58,313 nt of DNA from a virus (Duplodnaviria; Caudoviricetes). The position numbers and the translations under genes were made by a program. This document shows positions 53,908-58,313 of the stretch, piece by piece. Position 1 is the stretch's first letter. Each line of letters starts with the position of its first letter. The notes under the pieces are model-generated. The model made no database searches. It had not been told where the DNA came from and worked only from the letters and a program-made list of their open reading frames with translations. The stretch is from IMG/VR virus record IMGVR_UViG_3300048851_000052, positions 1-58,313 of that record, one strand, 5' to 3'.

Positions 53908-55023
53908 TCAAGTCAGTTTCTTCGGATCGATCTTCGGTCCATCAATAACCCGCTTCACCCATGGCCACTCCTTATAAGGGTCGCCATTTCCCCGGAGGTG
54001 CGTGTAGCGCCTCATCGAGTTCCAATCCCGGTGGCCGGATACAGAGGCCACTTTCGGGATATCCCACCCCATTTCGAACAAACGGCTCACACCGTCATGG
54101 CGCAGGTCATGAAAGTGCAGATCCGGTATCTCCATAAAGTTACACGCCCGTGTGAACGATGCCGATATTGATTTTGCGTTGTACGGGAACGGCCGCGTCG
54201 AGCCCTTAGGCATTGACTGCATGATCTCCCAGGCCTCGTCGGGCAAATGGCACCACACATCGTTGCCGTGCTTCTGGCCTGGGTTCTTCATGTCGGTGAT
54301 CAGCACGCTCTGGCGCGTCTCGTCGACAGCGTCCCAATGGATCCTTGTGATTTCCTCCTGCCGTCGGGTCGAGAACAGCGCAAACAGGGTCACGCGAACC
54401 ATGTCGATCTCCTGCTTCCGACGATCGCGCATTTCCTCGAAATACTTCAGGATGGTTTCCATCTCATCCTTCGTCGGCCGGCGGTCTCGCTCCTTGCTGC
54501 GCGTGACGGCGCCCATCTTCTTCAGTACGCGACGTGCGTCGGGCATCGCCATCGGATCGACGTCATAACCCCATGCAGGTCGCGCCACTGCCATCACTGC
54601 GCCGAGGTGAGCAAGGTCATTGCCAACGGTCTGCGGCTGGATGCCGTCATTCTCCATGCGCGACAGCCCGTACTCCACGAGCTTCTGGCTACTGATGTCC
54701 TTGTCCGCCAACTTGCCGAGCCAGCTTTCGCCGATGGCCTTCAGCGTCGCGCGCTTGGTCTTGCCGAGAGGGCGGAGTTTCTCGTACTCGTCCAGGTAGC
54801 GGTCGATCATGTCCTTGACGGTGTGGCCTTTGCGGTTCGCCTTCTCGATCGCGCCCGGGTCGGCCAATTCCGACTCTCGCCGCTTCAGCCAAGCCTGCGC
54901 CGTGGCCTTGCGCTCGAACGTCTGGCTTTCCTGATAAACTGTCGCGCCTTTCTTCGTGATGCGGATCTGCGCGGTGTAGGCCGAAGATCCGTCCTGGCGC
55001 TTGCGAAGGGTAATAGTGCCCAT
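53908..55023 (-). CDS. int: Tyrosine integrase (dusA-associated type)
   Basis: RRQEEI, HFHDLRH, SGHRDW..RRY catalytic motifs; adjacent to attR in dusA. Confidence 0.95.
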   Translation of the reverse strand: MGTITLRKRQDGSSAYTAQIRITKKGATVYQESQTFERKATAQAWLKRRESELADPGAIEKANRKGHTVKDMIDRYLDEYEKLRPLGKTKRATLKAIGESWLGKLADKDISSQKLVEYGLSRMENDGIQPQTVGNDLAHLGAVMAVARPAWGYDVDPMAMPDARRVLKKMGAVTRSKERDRRPTKDEMETILKYFEEMRDRRKQEIDMVRVTLFALFSTRRQEEITRIHWDAVDETRQSVLITDMKNPGQKHGNDVWCHLPDEAWEIMQSMPKGSTRPFPYNAKSISASFTRACNFMEIPDLHFHDLRHDGVSRLFEMGWDIPKVASVSGHRDWNSMRRYTHLRGNGDPYKEWPWVKRVIDGPKIDPKKLT

Positions 55024-55027
55024 GAAT

Positions 55028-55065
55028 TTGCTACACGACTGACTGGGCTTGCTACATTGTAGCAA
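55028..55065. repeat. TTGCTACA repeats / palindrome upstream of int (possible arm or regulatory sites)
   Basis: TTGCTACAC (55028-55036) and TTGCTACATTGTAGCAA (55049-55065). Confidence 0.5.
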
Positions 55066-55112
55066 CGACCGCCAAGAAACAAGGGATCACGTAGGACCAA
55101 CTAGGCCCTCAC

Positions 55113-55126
55113 ATACTTTTAGGTAA
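55113..55126. promoter_or_regulatory. CI operator-like site between int and dusA
   Basis: ATACTTTTAGGTAA, one mismatch from the OL site ATACCTTTAGGTAA. Confidence 0.6.
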
Positions 55127-55133
55127 TGTTCAG

Positions 55134-56144
55134 ATGCACGCGGAACAGGCAGAAAACCTCGCAACCCCAGCAGATCCGGTATGTAGGAGGTTTTCTGTTG
55201 CCCCGATGATGGATTGGACGGACCGTCACTGCCGATTCTTCCTGCGTCTGCTGTCGAAAAATGCGCTGCTCTATACCGAGATGGTCACCACCGGCGCGTT
55301 GTTGCATGGCGACACCGAACGCTTTTTGCGCCACGACGAGACCGAGCATCCGCTGGCGCTGCAACTGGGCGGCAGCAACCCGGCCGATCTTGCGGCCAGT
55401 GCGCGATTGGCACAGGCGGCGGGCTACGACGAGGTCAATCTTAACGTCGGTTGCCCCAGCGACAGGGTGCAGAACAACATGATCGGTGCGGTCTTGATGG
55501 GGCACCCGCAGCTAGTGGCCGATTGCGTTAAAGCCATGCGCGACGCGGTGACGATTCCGGTCACGGTCAAACACCGCATCGGCATCAACGGACGCGACAG
55601 TTACGAGCAGCTTTGTGAGTTTGTCGGCACCGTGCGCGACGCTGGCTGCACCAGCTTCACCGTGCATGCCCGCATCGCCATTCTCGAAGGCCTGTCGCCC
55701 AAGGAAAATCGCGACATTCCGCCATTGCGCTATGACATTGCCGCGCAGTTGAAACAGGACTTCCCCGAGCTGGAGATTATCCTCAACGGCGGCATCAAAA
55801 CCCTGGAGCAATGCCAGGAACACCTGAACACCTTCGACGGCGTAATGCTGGGTCGGGAGGCGTATCACAACCCCTACCTTCTGGCAGGCGTGGACCGGGA
55901 GCTATTCGGCAACGAAGCCCCGCCGATCACTCGCGCCGAAGCACTGGCACTGCTGCGCCCCTATGTAGAGGCGCACATTCGCGATGGCGGCGCGATGCAC
56001 CACATCACCCGCCACGTGCTGGGCCTGGGCACCGGCTTCCCCGGCGCGCGCAAGTTCAGGCAGATGCTCTCGGTGGACATTCACAAGACGGACGATCCGC
56101 TGGGCTTGCTGGATCGGGCGGGGGAGTTGCTTGAGGGGCGGTGA
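55134..56144 (+). CDS. dusA: tRNA-dihydrouridine(20/20a) synthase, rebuilt with a phage-supplied N-terminus
   Basis: FSVAPMMDWTDRHCR, NLNVGCPS, VHAR, NGGI, GVMLGREAY motifs. Confidence 0.97.
   Translation: MHAEQAENLATPADPVCRRFSVAPMMDWTDRHCRFFLRLLSKNALLYTEMVTTGALLHGDTERFLRHDETEHPLALQLGGSNPADLAASARLAQAAGYDEVNLNVGCPSDRVQNNMIGAVLMGHPQLVADCVKAMRDAVTIPVTVKHRIGINGRDSYEQLCEFVGTVRDAGCTSFTVHARIAILEGLSPKENRDIPPLRYDIAAQLKQDFPELEIILNGGIKTLEQCQEHLNTFDGVMLGREAYHNPYLLAGVDRELFGNEAPPITRAEALALLRPYVEAHIRDGGAMHHITRHVLGLGTGFPGARKFRQMLSVDIHKTDDPLGLLDRAGELLEGR
55191..55218 (+). repeat. attR (core CCGATGATGGAT at 55203-55214)
   Basis: Direct repeat of 582-609. Confidence 0.9.
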
Positions 56145-56149
56145 GTGGA

Positions 56150-56335
56150 TCACTCCTTCCAGCGCCGTGCGCGCATTTCTGCGACGTGCTGATCACTCGC
56201 GAATTTACCTTGGTCGGCCTCGCCAACCGCCTGCTCGATCTGGGCAGTCAGTGCCCTGTCGTGTTCCTGAGCCATGGCGAGATCGGCTAGGAACTTGGGC
56301 AGGTCTTGCGGATGGTTCGGCGATGGTTCGGTCAT
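56150..56335 (-). CDS. Small protein resembling an antitoxin C-terminus
   Basis: GAGG RBS; IEQAV.EAD.GKFASD.V motif. Confidence 0.5.
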   Translation of the reverse strand: MTEPSPNHPQDLPKFLADLAMAQEHDRALTAQIEQAVGEADQGKFASDQHVAEMRARRWKE

Positions 56336-56407
56336 AGCAACCTCGTGATTGGGCAGCTGGCCGTATGTTACGCCGTCATTCCGCGTCGGGGCAGGAGATA
56401 GCCAACA

Positions 56408-56432
56408 TGTTGGAGCGAGCTTGCTCGCGAAT
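56408..56432. repeat. Pseudomonas REP-like palindrome
   Basis: GGAGCGAGCTTGCTCGCGAA. Confidence 0.7.
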
Positions 56433-56479
56433 ACGGTATTCCAGGCGCTGAAAATGCAGCGGCCTGACCTGATCCACCC

Positions 56480-57616
56480 TCACCGCCGCCCGGCCCGCGT
56501 ACTCACATCCACCCACACTGCGAGCACCAGAATGCTGCCCTTGACGATCATCTGCCAGTAGCTGTCGACGTCGAGCATGGACATGCCGTTGTCGAGGCTG
56601 GTGATGACCAGGGCGCCGAGCAGGGCGCCGTACACGGTGCCCGAGCCGCCGCGCATTGAGGTGCCACCGATGAAACAGGCGGCGATGGCGTCGAGTTCAC
56701 CCATGTTGCCGGCCGACGGCGAGCCGGCGGCCAGGCGTGCGGTGTTGACCAGTCCGGCGAGGGCACACATGACGCCCATGATGCCGAAAATCCACAGCTT
56801 CACCGCTTGCACGTTGATGCCGGAGAGCCGCGTGGCTTCCATGTTACTGCCCACCGAATAGATGCGTCGGCCGAACACGGTCTGGCTGGTGATGTAGCTG
56901 AACACGCCGAGCAGGACCAACAGCAGCAGGACCGGCACCGGAATCCCGTCGTAGCTGTTCAACGTGTAAACGAACCCAGCCAGAATGGCGCCAATCGCCA
57001 CGACGCGCACCACATCCCGTACCGGCGAATGCGCGGCCAGCCCGTGCAATGCGCGGTTGCGCCGCTGGCGCCAGGTCAGGAACAGCGTCAGCGCGAAGAG
57101 CAGCACGCCAAGCACGACCCCCACCAGCGGTGGCAGATAACCCTGACCGACATAGACCAGCTCCGGCGACACCGGCGCGATGGTGGTGCCGCCGGTGATC
57201 CCCAGCAGAATCCCGCGAAACGCCAGCATCCCGCCCAACCCGACGATAAACGAGGGGATGCGCAGGTACGCGGTCATGCAGCCATTGGCGAGGCCAATCA
57301 GCAGCCCGCAGCTGGCGACGATGCACAGGTTCAGCGGCAGCGGCACGTGGTACACCACGTCGAGAATCGCCGCCAGGCCGCCAAGCAATCCGAGTAAAGA
57401 ACCTACCGACAGATCAATCTCGCCGCTGATGATCACCAGCACCATGCCGCAGGCGAGAATGCCAGTGATGGACATCTGCCGCAGCAGGTTGGACAGGTTG
57501 CGCGGCGTCAGAAAGCCCCCGTCGGTTTCCCAACTGAAGAACAGCCAGATGACCGCAATGGCGATCACCAGCGCGAGCATTTTGTAGCGGGTGAACAGTT
57601 GCTTGAGTTGATTCAT
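56480..57616 (-). CDS. xylH: D-xylose ABC transporter permease
   Basis: [33 protein letters not shown]; multiple TM helices. Confidence 0.88.
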   Translation of the reverse strand: MNQLKQLFTRYKMLALVIAIAVIWLFFSWETDGGFLTPRNLSNLLRQMSITGILACGMVLVIISGEIDLSVGSLLGLLGGLAAILDVVYHVPLPLNLCIVASCGLLIGLANGCMTAYLRIPSFIVGLGGMLAFRGILLGITGGTTIAPVSPELVYVGQGYLPPLVGVVLGVLLFALTLFLTWRQRRNRALHGLAAHSPVRDVVRVVAIGAILAGFVYTLNSYDGIPVPVLLLLVLLGVFSYITSQTVFGRRIYSVGSNMEATRLSGINVQAVKLWIFGIMGVMCALAGLVNTARLAAGSPSAGNMGELDAIAACFIGGTSMRGGSGTVYGALLGALVITSLDNGMSMLDVDSYWQMIVKGSILVLAVWVDVSTRAGRR

Positions 57617-58313
57617 TGACGCGCCTCTCCCACAGCATCCGGCCGGTCGTTATTGTTTTTGCTGTGTGCAGCCAGGTAGTCACCGGACTGGCTGAGTGCG
57701 GCCGCGAGCACCTGCTCCTGGGTCAGGCCTTCGTTGATGAAGTCCCCGCGCAACTGGCCCTCGCCGATCACCAGCACCCGGTCGGACACGCCGAGCACCT
57801 CGGCCAGCTCCGACGACACCATGATGATCGACACGCCGCTGGCCGCCAGCGCGCCCATCAGTTTGTAGATTTCGTATTTGGCGCCAACGTCCACGCCGCG
57901 GGTGGGTTCGTCGAGAATCAGCACCCGTGGCTTCGTCAGCAGCATTTTCGCCAGTACGGCCTTTTGCTGATTGCCGCCGGACAGGCTGGTGATCGGCAGG
58001 AACGGGCTCGCGGTTTTCAAGTGCATGCGCGCGATTTCCTTGTCGATGCTGCCCAGTTCGGCCTCGGCGTCGATGCGCGTCAGGTGGGCGAAGCTGTCGA
58101 GCACGGCGAGGGTGATGTTCTGGCCCACGCCCAGGTCCGGAATGATGCCCTGTCGCTTGCGGTCCTCGGGAACCATGCACAGGCCCGCGCGGATTGATTT
58201 GAGCGGCGTGCGCGTGTCGATGGGTTTGCCGTCCAGCCACACTTCGCCGGTGTAACGGCCCGGGTAGGCGCCGAACAGCGCCGAGACCAGTTCGGTGCGC
58301 CCGGCCCCGACCA
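57613..58313 (-). CDS. xylG: D-xylose ABC transporter ATPase (3' part; 5' end outside the window)
   Basis: [27 protein letters not shown] motifs. Confidence 0.85.
   Translation of the reverse strand, partial: VGAGRTELVSALFGAYPGRYTGEVWLDGKPIDTRTPLKSIRAGLCMVPEDRKRQGIIPDLGVGQNITLAVLDSFAHLTRIDAEAELGSIDKEIARMHLKTASPFLPITSLSGGNQQKAVLAKMLLTKPRVLILDEPTRGVDVGAKYEIYKLMGALAASGVSIIMVSSELAEVLGVSDRVLVIGEGQLRGDFINEGLTQEQVLAAALSQSGDYLAAHSKNNNDRPDAVGEARQ

Larger units (their letters stand above)
594..55214. mobile_element. Complete lambdoid (long non-contractile tail) prophage integrated in dusA
   Basis: Direct-repeat att cores, terminal tyrosine integrase, and immunity, replication, lysis, head and tail modules in lambdoid order. 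Confidence 0.95.

Noticed and set aside
55185-55190. AGGAGG inside the phage dusA 5' end as an internal RBS
   Set aside because: 15 nt from the next in-frame ATG, and starting there would remove the conserved FSVAP motif
56150-56335. Complete toxin-antitoxin locus
   Set aside because: No adjacent toxin gene; outside the prophage
1-58313. CRISPR array or cas genes
   Set aside because: No regularly spaced repeat-spacer series or cas motifs seen by eye

Overview
The window holds an apparently complete lambdoid/siphovirus-type temperate prophage of about 54.6 kb (approx. 594-55214). It is integrated into the 5' end of the host dusA gene in a Pseudomonas-like chromosome; host flanks are the dusA promoter and native 5' stub on the left, and the rebuilt dusA, a REP-like palindrome and xylH/xylG on the right. 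Left to right: attL, PrtN-like putative excisionase, early-left operon (DUF4406, N4-C methyltransferase, YqaJ exonuclease, many small ORFs, a long structured RNA leader with boxA), a rex-position two-gene cassette, cI/cro/cII, O-like replication protein plus DnaB, nin region, Q-like gene with pR'/tR', HNH-AP2, spanin/holin-like genes, a tRNA-like RNA, two proteases, terminase, head and tail genes, a 6.5 kb accessory island between tail chaperone and tape measure, a minimal tail tip, endolysin, SGNH hydrolase, an SOS-box gene, the tyrosine integrase and attR. Best candidates for undescribed biology: (i) two tRNA-scaffold RNAs whose anticodon arm is replaced by a larger insert, one of them coupled to a mutually exclusive hairpin; (ii) a TPR-like + HEPN RNase pair with an SOS box; (iii) a Pro-rich micropeptide + SLATT-like 2-TM pair; (iv) a DUF6978/DUF1828-like pair in the rexAB slot; (v) a CI-operator-like site over the phage-supplied dusA start; (vi) an SD-ATG-AAG-TAA minigene. 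All family calls come from motif recognition by eye; no searches were run.
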